64,000 nucleotides of DNA, taken from positions 3,164,001 to 3,228,000 of the forward strand of contig CM075990.1 in the NCBI GenBank assembly GCA_038087875.1. The letters are read 5' to 3'. Every line of letters begins with the position of its first letter. Position 1 is the first letter of the stretch. Source of the stretch: Malacoraja senta. Lineage: Eukaryota. Made by a program: the position numbers and the translations under genes. Below the pieces are notes generated by a model that saw only the letters and a program-made list of their open reading frames with translations, did no database searches and was not told the origin of the DNA. This document shows positions 1 through 9,867 of this stretch, piece by piece.

Positions 1-29
1 ATACATTTGGGCGGCTCCACTCAACACAT

Positions 30-175
30 TGGAACAGGTCCATGGATAGGAAAGGTTTACAGGGATATGGGCCAAACACGGGCAGCGGGGACCAGCGTAG
101 GTGAGGCATTTTGGTCGGCATGGGCAAGTTGGGCCGTAGGGCCTGTTTCCGTGCTGCATGACTCTATAACTCTAT
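30..175 (+). mobile_element. CR1-clade LINE 3' UTR fragment (second subfamily)
   Basis: GGGCCG.AGGGCCTGTTTCC..GCTG.ATGACTCTAT terminus, the same as at 38235-38480, 45140-45248 and 59330-59472. Confidence 0.7.
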
Positions 176-496
176 GGTGGTGGCATTCCACAACATAGAA
201 GATCACTCGATCTATCAATCTATATTGACAATGCCATCACCTCTGCATTCCATTCCTTATCTCCCCATATATCTTATTCAGCCACTTATTCTCATTTTGT
301 TTTTGTGTCATCATTAGTGATAGGAGCAGCATTAGGCCATTTGTCCCATCAAGTCTACCCTACCATGCAATCATGGCCGATCTATCTCTCCCTCCTAACC
401 CCATTCACCTGCTTTCTCCCCACAACCCGTTCTAATCAAGAATATATCTATTTCTGCCTTAAAAATATCCAAAATATTGTCTATTGTCTATGCTCA

Positions 497-945
497 TATA
501 AACATAGAAACATAGAAAATAGGTGCAGGAGTAGGCCATTCGGCCCTTCGAGCCTGCACCGCCATTCAATCTGATCATGGCTGATCATCCAACTCAGTAT
601 CCTGTACCTGCCTTCTCTCCATACCCCCTGATCCCTTTAGCCACAAGGGCCACATCTAATTTCCTCTTAAATATAGCCAATGAACTGGCCTCAACTACTT
701 TCTGTGGCAGAAAATTCCACAGATTCACCACTCTCTGTGTGAATTTTTTTTTTCTCTTCTCAATCCTAAAAGACTTCCCCCTTATCCTTAAACTGTGACC
801 CCTTGTTCTGGACATCCCCAACATTGGGAACAATCGTCCTGCATCTAGCCTGTCCAACCCCTTAAGAATTTTGTAAGTTTCTATAAGATCCCCCCTCAAT
901 TTTCTAAATTCTAGCGAGTACAAGCCAAGTCTATCTAGTCTTTCT
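497..945 (-). mobile_element. CR1/HER1-like LINE 3' fragment
   Basis: ORF 594-1013 has [20 protein letters not shown]...RTRGHSLRI...FTQRVVNLWN; (CTATGTTT)n tail. Confidence 0.9.
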
Positions 946-1134
946 TCAATTCTGAGACTATGACCTCTGGTCCTAGACTTTCCCACTAGTGGAAACATCC
1001 TCTCCACATCCATTATATCCAGGCCTTTAACTATTCAGTAAGTTTCAAAGAAGTTCCCCCTCATCCTTCGAAACTCCAGCAAGTGGAGGCCATGTGCCGT
1101 CAAACGCTCCTCTCTTGCTTCTTACCGACACTTT

Positions 1135-1430
1135 CAGGTGGAAACGCCACCTATCCATGTTCTCCAGAGATGCTGCTGCCTGACCTGCTGAGTTCCTCCA
1201 GAACTGTGTGTCCCTTTGTGTAAACCAGCTCCTTGTTTCTACTTGTCTAGGAAGGAGCTGCGGATGCTGGTTTAAACCAAAGGTAGACACAAAAAGCTGG
1301 AGTAACTCAGCGGGACAGGCAGCATCTCTGGAGAGAAGCCAGATTTGAGTCTGAAGAAGGGTCTCGACCCATTCCTTCTCTCGAGAGATGCTGCCTGTCC
1401 CGCTGAATTACTCCAGCTTTTTGTGTTCTT
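1135..1430. mobile_element. Penelope-derived pLTR fragments in inverted arrangement
   Basis: GCTGGAGTAACTCAGCGGGACAGGCAGCATCTCT and its reverse complement; hammerhead core at 1351 lacks GAAACGTC. Confidence 0.7.
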
Positions 1431-2389
1431 CTTGTTTCGACTTCTTTATTTTACTTCTTCTGTCGTGTGTCTTTTAGACCTGCAGCTCCGTTGAGGCGAG
1501 CCAGGCCAACGTGTCATCGTCCAGGTCAATCAGACCTCATTCACCATTCGGTGGCCGGTGTTTGGGGGCAACTGGTTTAACTTGTTGCTTTAACTTGAGA
1601 GCCCACTGAAGCAGTCTCTATTTGTGGATCTCCCATGGACGTTTAATTGTCTGAGCTACGCTCCCAACATCTCCGCCAGCTTGGACAATCTGCCCGGCAG
1701 CACCGACTGATCTCCCATATTGGTCTGCACGTGAGCACATTAATCAGTTGGATCTTTAACTCCATTAAATATATGCAGCCCATTAAAACAAGAAAATATC
1801 GAAATTAAAGTCTGCCGCAAAAGGCTATGATCATCTTCAGTATTAACTCTCCATTAAAATGATTAAGTACGCTGTAATATTTCTAAGTGTCAGATTAAAA
1901 TATTAATTTAATTTCTACTAAGTTATTTCAAACAGTACTTACATTTTTGTTCATTCCACCCCTCTCCCCTAGCTCCGATGATTTGTGCGACACTCTCAGG
2001 CCCACTGTGATGTAAAAATGACACTCACGTTGATTGTCAATGAAGTCTTTCAGACATCGGAGATTTGTCACGGGGCTTTTTTTTTTCTGCTCACTTTATA
2101 TTCCAGCAGCATTTCAAGGAGCCGTGAGCCAGGGTGTAAGGAAGCCTGCAGTAACTGTACTGGAGCCCAGTGCAGAGATAGCCCATGAATCCTGTTGCTC
2201 ACCTCTTCAAAAAATCTCAACCCAATTTGTGGGACTTGATTTCGCATGCACAGAGCCTTGTCAAGTCTAGTCAAGTCAAGTTTAGTTGTCACATACACAT
2301 ACGAGATGTGCAGTGAGATGTGCTCTGAAGGGACTGCTCCTCAAGTTTTGGTTGCAATTTAGTCCCACGATTTTGGTATTTGGCCACAA

Positions 2390-2680
2390 GGGCAGCACAA
2401 AGGCGGTGCAGCGGTAGAGTTGCTGCCTTGCAGCGCTTGCAGTGCTGGAGACCCGGATTCCATCCCGTCTGTGCGGAGTTCCCACATTTCTCCCCGTGGG
2501 TGACCACTTGGGTTTTTCTCCGAGATCTTCGGTTTCCTCCCACACTCCAAAGACGTGCAGGTATGTTGGTAAATTGGCTTGGTGTATGTGTAAATTGTCC
2601 CTAGTGTGTGTAGGATAGCGTTAATGTGCGGGGATCGCTGGTCGGCGCGGACCCGGTGGGCCGAAGTTGTATCTCCAAAA
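2390..2680 (+). mobile_element. HE1-like V-SINE
   Basis: tRNA-like head, V-domain GGTTTCCTCCCACACTCCAAAGAC, LINE-derived tail. Confidence 0.85.
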
Positions 2681-2684
2681 AAGG

Positions 2685-3025
2685 TAGGCTCGATTGGGAG
2701 GGTGGGATCTTCTTGTCAGTTTGCTCTTGGGCCTGGCCAAGATGGCCATCCACGGGTCCAGGCAGCGGGCGGTCGATGGTCACACCAGAGAGGGCTGCCT
2801 GCCCCTCTTCCAGGCCCACGTCCGTGCCGGCATGTCGCTGGTGAGGGAACACGCGGTGTCCACGGGGACTCTGGAGGGCGTCCGTGAACGCTGGTCACCG
2901 CGGGGGGGTCGAGTGTATTGTAGACAAGGATGGTAATATTCTAATGGTTGCCTGATGTAATGTGACTTTGTCTTTGTACTTTCTGCTACATTGTAAAGTG
3001 TCAATACTGAATAAAGCCCCTTGAA
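2685..3025 (+). mobile_element. Tx1 (L1-group) retrotransposon 3' fragment
   Basis: ORF 2694-2936 DLLVSLLLGLAKMAI...STGTLEGVRERW resembles the Tx1 ORF2 C-terminus; AATAAA at 3010. Confidence 0.65.
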
Positions 3026-3479
3026 AGAAGGGGGGGGGGGAAGCCATGTTGCCTATCGCTCTCCAGTCCTTGCCTTTCCAAATGTAAATACTTCCTGGTC
3101 CTCAGAATCTCTTCCAACTACTTTCCCTCCACTGATGTAAGGCTCAGAGCCCTGTAGATCCCCTGATTTTGATTAGTACGTGTGTCAGAGGTTATGGGGA
3201 GAAGGCAGGGGAATGGGGTTAGGAGGGAGAGATAGATCAACCATGATTGAATGGCAGAGTAAACTTGAGGGGCCGAATGGCCCAAGTCTGCTCCTATCAC
3301 TTATGATCTCATGATGTTATGACTTACCTCTGGTGCCCCTCTTCAATAAATGAACAACATTACCGAACCCTCAATCTTCCGGTACCTCACCTGTGACCAA
3401 CAAAGATATAAAAGTCTCTGTCAAATCCCAGCAATCTCTTCTCTTGCATCCCGTAACATTCTAGGATACACTCGTTAAG

Positions 3480-3776
3480 GCCGGCATGGTGGCGCAGCGG
3501 TGGAGTTGCTGTCTTACTGCAGCAGAGATCCGTGTTGGATCCTGACTACGATTGCTGTCTGTGCAGAGTTTGTGCGTCCTCCCCGTGACCACCTGGGTTT
3601 TCTCCGGGTGCTTCGGTTTCCTCCCACATCCCAAAGACATGCAGCTTGTAGGACAATTGGCTTCTGTAAATCGACCCTAATGTGTAGTATGCAAAACTGG
3701 GATAACATAGAACTGGTCGGTATAGACTCAGTGGGCCGAAGGGCCTGTTTCCGCACTGTATCTCTAAACTAAACTA
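3480..3776 (+). mobile_element. HE1-like V-SINE
   Basis: TGGCGCAGCGG A-box, V-domain, GGGCCTGTTTCC...TCTCTAAACTAAAC tail. Confidence 0.85.
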
Positions 3777-4553
3777 TACCAATCTACAGTAAACTATGAT
3801 CCTCTTCCTCCTACCACTAAGCCAATTTTGAATCCACTTTTGAATCCCATGTGATCTAACCTTCCAGACCAGCTGGCCATGTGCGACCTAGTCCATGTAG
3901 ACAAGGCTGGGGAGGCAAAGACATTGGGTATTTTTAAGAGATTGATACGTTCTTGATAAGGAAGGGTGCCAAAGGTTACGGGAGAAGGCAGAAGAATGAG
4001 GTTGAGGGAAAACTAGATCGTTGAATGGCACGGACTCGATGGGCCGATGGGCCTGTTTCCATGCTGTATCTCTAAACTAAACTAAACAAAACTAAAGTCA
4101 ACTAAATTATATCACCGGACCTTCATTCTCAGTGGTTCTAAATACTGGAACCCCCGTCCTCAATTATACCTTCACTTAAAGATCTTCAGCAGTTCACAAA
4201 GTTTCCACCGTCTCCTCAAGGATAAAGATTGATTAAAGTGATCAATTGTAATATACAGCATGGATACAGGCTCTTCAGCCCACCGTGCCCATCGCTCACC
4301 CCAGTGCACAATAGTTCAATGTTATCCCACTAGACTCGATGGGCTGAATGGCCTAATTCCGCTCCTAAGTCTTATGGTCTTATGGTCTTAGACCATATCT
4401 ACTGCCATGCCCTTGTCAATCCTCTTGGTCACCTCTTCAAAAAACCCATCCAAACTCGTGAGACATGACTTGGACAATAGACAATAGGTGCAGGAGTAGG
4501 CCATTCGGCCCTTCGAGCCAGCACCGCCATTCAATGTGATCATGGCTGATCAT

Positions 4554-4607
4554 GGGGTGGAAGATTGCAACCTTCACATGGACCACCCTGATTCGACGAA
4601 TGCAATC
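4554..4607 (+). ncRNA. Minimal HDV-like ribozyme fold (slightly decayed)
   Basis: P1 GGGGTGG/CCACCCT with G1.U wobble; P2 GATTGCA/TGCAATC; P3 ACC/GGA (1 mismatch); L3 TTCACAT; J4/2 CGAA. Confidence 0.75.
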
Positions 4608-4694
4608 AACCTGGCGTGCACAATCAAAAATGATCAAATAGAACAAGTTGTCCTACAACTTTAGGCTGTGCACGCCATACGCAAGAAGAAGATG
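4554..4694 (+). mobile_element. Short ribozyme-headed retroposon, family A, copy 1
   Basis: 12-bp TSD ATGGCTGATCAT (4542-4553, 4695-4706); (AAG)3 tail; homologous to 44005-44143. Confidence 0.85.
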
Positions 4695-5237
4695 ATGGCT
4701 GATCATCCCCAATCAGTACCCCATTCCTGCCTTCTCCCCATATCCCCTATCTTTAAGAGCCCTATCTAGCTCTCTCTTGAAAGTATCCAGAGAACCGGCC
4801 TCCACCGCCCTCTGAGGCAGAGAATTCCACAGATTCACAACTCTCTGTGAGAAAAAGTGTTTCCTCGTCTCCGTTCTAAATGGTTTACCCCTTATTCTTA
4901 AACTGTGGCCCCTGGTTCTGGACTCCCCCAACATCGGGAACATGTTTCCTGCCTATAGTGTGTCCAAACCCTTAACAATCTTATATGTTTCAATCAGATG
5001 CCCTCTCATCCTTCAAAACTCCAGAGTGTACAAGCCCAGCCGCTCCCTTCCCTCAGCATATGACAGTCCTGCCATCCCGGGAATTAACCTTGTAAACCTA
5101 CGCTGCACTCCCTCAATAGCAAGAATGTCCTTATTCAAATTAAGGGACCAAAACTGCACACAATACTCCAGGTGTGGTCTGACTAGGTCCCTGTACAACT
5201 GCAGAAGGACATCTTTGCTCCTATACTCAACTCCTCT

Positions 5238-5370
5238 TGTTATAAAGGCCAACATGCCATTCGCTGTTATAAAGGCCAACATGCCATTCGCAGTTATAAA
5301 GGCCAACATGCCATTCGCTGTTATAAAGGCCAACATGCCATTCGCAGTTATAAAGGCCAACATGCCATTC
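5238..5370. repeat. 27-bp tandem repeat x5
   Basis: (T/A)GTTATAAAGGCCAACATGCCATTCGC units at the CR1 5' truncation point. Confidence 0.95.
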
Positions 5371-6084
5371 GGCCACGCACAAAGCCATGATGGCTATTTA
5401 TTAATGGATTGACAGATACACATGGGAACAGGCCCTTTGGCCCACTGGGCCATTGATCACATGCATCACTCGCGTTCTACGTTCCCTCACTTTCTCGTCT
5501 GCTCTCTACAAACCAGAGACAACTCACAGAGGCCAATTAATCGATGAACGCTCATGTCCCTGATAGACGGGTGGAAACCGGAGCACCAGGAGGAAACCCA
5601 CGTGGTCACAGGCATGGGCAATGAGGGATGGGCAACAAGTGCCTCGAACAATAGCCAGCCGACAAAATGATTCTAAATGCTCCCAAAGCAGAAAGTGGGA
5701 TAAATAAAACTCGAGCTGAAATGACCTAGTTGCTCATTATTTTGCTCTGCAAATGTATCCTGTGCTATTTGTGCCTGTACAGTTCTATCATGCACGACCC
5801 ACCGAGGAGATTATTGGATAGTCGTGTTAGTCACCTCTGGCAAAGCTCAGCGACACCACCTCAAAATATGAATCAGACATTATTAATTCCGAATTGTCTC
5901 ATTTTCTGGGAAGAGACGAAGAACGGGGGAAAAAAAATAGAAAAAGCCTAAGGTGATGACATAATGTTCTCATCAAAGGCTAGAAGAATTTTCTTTCGTT
6001 CACAATCAAAGCAGTGGGGGAGTGATGGCTCTCACAGCACTCAGCAAGATTAAACGAGTGTTAATAGGAAATAATGTGCATATC

Positions 6085-6405
6085 TCATAGAAGCATAGAA
6101 ACATTGAAAATAGATGCAGGAGTAGGCCAATCGGCCCTTCGAGCCAGCACTGCCATTCAATCTGATCATGGCTGATCATCCAAAATCAGTACCCCATTCC
6201 TACTTTTTCCCCATATCCCTTGATTCCGTTAGCCCGTAAGAGCTAAATCTAACTCTCTCTTGAAAACATCCAGTGAATTCGCGTCCACTGCCTTCCGTGG
6301 CAGAGAATTCCACAGATTCACAACTCCCTGGGTGAAAAAGTTTTTTTCTCATCTCAGTCCTAAATGGCCTACCCCTTATTCTTCAACTGTGACCCCTGGT
6401 TCTGG
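6085..6405 (-). mobile_element. CR1/HER1-like LINE 3' end
   Basis: Same 3' UTR and tail as the other copies. Confidence 0.8.
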
Positions 6406-7669
6406 ATATCACATTGTATGTGAGGTTTTGGCAACATCCCAGCACATTTAAAGGCAGCATTTTGGCCAGAGATCACTCGTATAGATTGCAAATACTGTAG
6501 CAGGCATTCTAACATGCAATGGCACCAATAACAAGCTTATGAATTCAGTGCGATTTATGTTGGTGCCAATGTTACAATGCCGTTTCAGATTTTGTTTGCA
6601 CATTTTATAGTGTCGGTGAACAGGCAAAATCTTTTTCCGCTTGCCACTGTCTGGGTTTAATAATTAAGTTTAGTTTCGTTTATTGTCACGTGTACCGAGG
6701 TACAGTGAAAAGTGAAAACCAGTCAGCGGAAAGACAATATGTGATTACAATCGAGCCATCCACAGCGTACAGATACAGGATAAAGGGCAAAGGTTTGGTG
6801 CATTGATAAAAAATACATCTCTTGATGCTCCTGAACACATCATCAGTGATGTCACCTGGGGGTCATTGGGTGTTTCGGGTCTTTCAACATCAGACACCCT
6901 CACCCAGGCGACCCAGCCGTGGTTGATCACACCACGACTTGTGTTCATGTGGCATTCGCTCCCCCCCCCCATGGACCTTCTCTCCAGATCCAGAGCCATC
7001 TCGAGGCTTTCTCCGTTGCCTCTGTGGTGTTCTTGATGGCTCTTCTCCTTGCCACTCCGTTGATGCCCAGTGCACTCAAGGCTTTGTAGAGCGATTGCCC
7101 TGCAAAACCCCTGCAGCCAACCTCGATGGGCGTACACCTTGCCTTCCAGCCCTGCTTACGACAGTCTCTTCATACATGGTCATCTTCCTCTCGTGGGCCT
7201 CCTCCAGACGGTCCTCCCACGGCACTGTCAGTTCCAACAAGACGATGTTTTTTGTCGCTTCTGAGACCAGGAGGATGTCTGGCCTCAGGGTGGTCGTGGC
7301 ATTGTGCTGTGGGAACTTCAGCTGTTTCACCAGGTCTACAGACACCTGCCAGTCCTGCGCAGTCACCAGGATTCCTGATGGATTCCTGGCTGCTGTGGTT
7401 CTTGGCAGCTGCACTCCAGCCCACGCGAAGGTGATCATCTGGGTGGTGGGGTGTGCTTGTCTGCAGCTGCTGATTCCCATGCTGATGGCTTCTGCAGTAG
7501 GTTTAAGAACTTGGTCATGATACCAGGTGTACCGGCCCTGCCCAAGAGCCTTTGGGCAGCAGCTCGGGATGTGTTCCAACGTACCCTTGCTTGAGCATTG
7601 CGGGCAATCCAGAGATTCCGCTTTGCCCCAGATGAAGAGGTTCGATGGGATGGGCAGGACATCGTACAC

Positions 7670-8081
7670 TCTGGAGTTTAGAACCATGAGAGGACATCTT
7701 TTTGAAACATATAAGATTGTTAAGGGTTTGCACACGCTAGAGGCAGGAAACATGTTCCCGATGTTGGGGGAGTCCAGAACCAGGGTCCACAGGTTAAGAA
7801 TAAGGGGTAAACCATTTAGAACGGAGACGAGGAAACACTTTTTCTCTCAGAGAGTTGTGAGTCTGTGGAATTCACTGCCTCAGAGGGCGGTGGAGGCAGG
7901 TTCTCTGGATGCTTTCAAGTGAGAGCTAGATAGGGCTCTTAAAGATAGTGGAGTCAGGGGATATGGGGAGAAGGCAGGAACGGGGTACTGATTGGAGATG
8001 ATCAGCCATGATCACATTGAATGGCGGTGCTGGCTCGAAGGGCCGAATGGCCTACTACTGCACTTATTGTCTATTGTCTAT
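7670..8081 (+). mobile_element. CR1/HER1-like LINE 3' fragment nested in HERO
   Basis: YTLEFRTMRGHLFETYKIV...FSQRVVSLWN; (TATTGTC)n tail. Confidence 0.9.
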
Positions 8082-8084
8082 GCT

Positions 8085-9080
8085 CATAGAAACATAGAAA
8101 CATAGAAAATAGGTGCAGGAGTAGGCCATTCGGCCCTTCGAGCCTGCACCGCCATTCAATATGATCATGGCTGATCATCCAACTCCGTATCCTGTACCTG
8201 CCTTCTCTCCATACCCCCTGATCCCTTTAGCCACAAGGGCCACATCTAACTCCCTCTTAAATATAGCCAATGAACTGGCCTCAACTACCTTCTGTTGCAG
8301 AGAGTTCCAGAGATTCACCACTCTCTGTGTGAAAAATGTTTTTCTCATCTCGGTCCTAAAGGATTTCCCCTTTATCCTTAAACTGTGACCCCTTGTCCTG
8401 GACTTCCCCAACATTGGGAACAATCTTCCTGCATCTAGCCTGTCCAACCTCTCAAGAATTTTATAAGTTTCTATAAGATCCCCCCTCAATCTTCTAAATT
8501 CTAGCGAGTACATGCCGAGTCTATCCAGTCTTTCTTCATATTGAAGTCCTGACATCCCAGGAATCAGTCTGGTGAACCTTCTCTGTACTCCCTCTATGGC
8601 AAGAATGTCTTTCCTCAGATTTGGTGACCAAACCTGTACGCAATACTCCAGGTGTGGTCTCACCAAGACCCTGTACAACTGCAGTAGAACCTCCCTGCTC
8701 CTATACTCAAATCCTTTTGCTATGAATGCTAACATACCATTTGCTTTCTTCATTGCCTGCTGCACCTGCATGCCTACTTTCAATGACTGGTGTACCATGA
8801 CGCCCAGGTCTCGTTGCATCTCCCCTTTTCCTAATCGGCCACCATTTAGATAATAGTCTACTTTCCTGTTTTTGCCACCAAATTGGATAACCTCACATTT
8901 ATCCACATTATACTGCATCTGCCATGCATTTGCCCACTCACCCAGCCTATCCAAGTCACCTTGCAGCCTCCTAGCATCCTCCTCACAGCTAACACTGCCC
9001 CCCAGCTTCGTGTCATCCGCAAACTTGGAGATGTTGCATTCAATTCCCTCGTCCAAATCATTAATATATATTGTAAATAT
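8085..9080 (-). mobile_element. CR1/HER1-like LINE RT C-terminal half nested in HERO
   Basis: Open 293-aa ORF 8175-9056 with SKFADDTKL and LVRPHLEYC. Confidence 0.95.
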
Positions 9081-9556
9081 TTGGACGAGGAACTTGATAC
9101 GCTGTGGTTCAGCCTGCCAGAGCTCAGTCCATGTGACTTTTCAGTCCATGGCCTGCTCCCACCTTGCCCAGGCCCCCTGCTGCCTCAAGCCAACTGCACT
9201 GCTAGACCTCTCCTCCTCCACCGCTGCCTTCACTTCCTCCTGGACCAACCTGCTCCTCTCTTTCCCCTTGGCCTTGTCAAACTGGGGAGTTGGGAAGATT
9301 CCCAGGCCAGCTCTTCCCCGAGTCACTGCTCCCACCAGGACTCTGTGGCGTATCCGAGACTCCGCTTGCAGCACGGCTTCGCCGGCTCTCCACTTCCTCC
9401 CAGTTTTCACCTCCACCCCTGCCTGAGCCACCTTGGGATCACTGGAGTCCCTGTACAGCATCACCTCTCTGGCCAAAGTCACCTTAAACTCGTCCTCCAG
9501 GGACTTCAGGGGCAGCTGGAGCTTGGTGTTATTTCCGTAAAGGGCGATGCTGCTAA

Positions 9557-9867
9557 TGGCCCTGTCCCACGGTACAAGTTCATTCCAAGAGCTCTCCCGA
9601 GTTTGCCCTGATTCGAACTCGGAGATTTACGGTAATGGCCGCTCGTCGGTACTCGGGGCTCTCGTGGACATTTTTCACGAGTCTTCCCGAGCTTACCTGC
9701 CGTTAGCGAGTCTTCCCGAGTACCTGCCGTTAGCGTTACGAGCCGCTAAGAGACGTCCCCGAGCTCCGACGTACCCGCTACGTTCATTCTCCGTGCTTAC
9801 CACGAGTTTGATTTTTTTTAAACTCGGGAGAGCTCTTGGAATTAACTCGTACCGTGGGACAGGGCCA
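9557..9867. mobile_element. PIF/Harbinger-type MITE, family A
   Basis: TIR TGGCCCTGTCCCACGGTAC...; TAA/TTA flanks; interrupts the HERO ORF. Confidence 0.85.

Larger units (their letters stand above)
4473..5370 (-). mobile_element. CR1/HER1-like LINE 3' fragment, interrupted at 4554-4694
   Basis: ORFs 4713-4943 and 5013-5363 ([14 protein letters not shown]); (CTATTGT)n tail. Confidence 0.9.

Noticed and set aside
577..798. Recurring ORFs such as MADHPTQYPVPAFSPYP and MECGRKP
   Set aside because: Antisense or off-frame translations of CR1 and SINE copies, not a gene family.
5238..5370. CRISPR-like array
   Set aside because: Units are contiguous with no spacers, derive from CR1 sequence, and the context is eukaryotic.
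6868..6900. Hammerhead-like CTGATG...GAAAC in the HERO 3' UTR (minus strand)
   Set aside because: The core reads CTGATGT, not CTGANGA, and helix II and III cannot be formed; better read as an ordinary stem junction.
8175..9056. Host or domesticated gene (293-aa ORF)
   Set aside because: A 5'-truncated CR1 RT nearly identical to neighbouring copies; youth explains the open frame.
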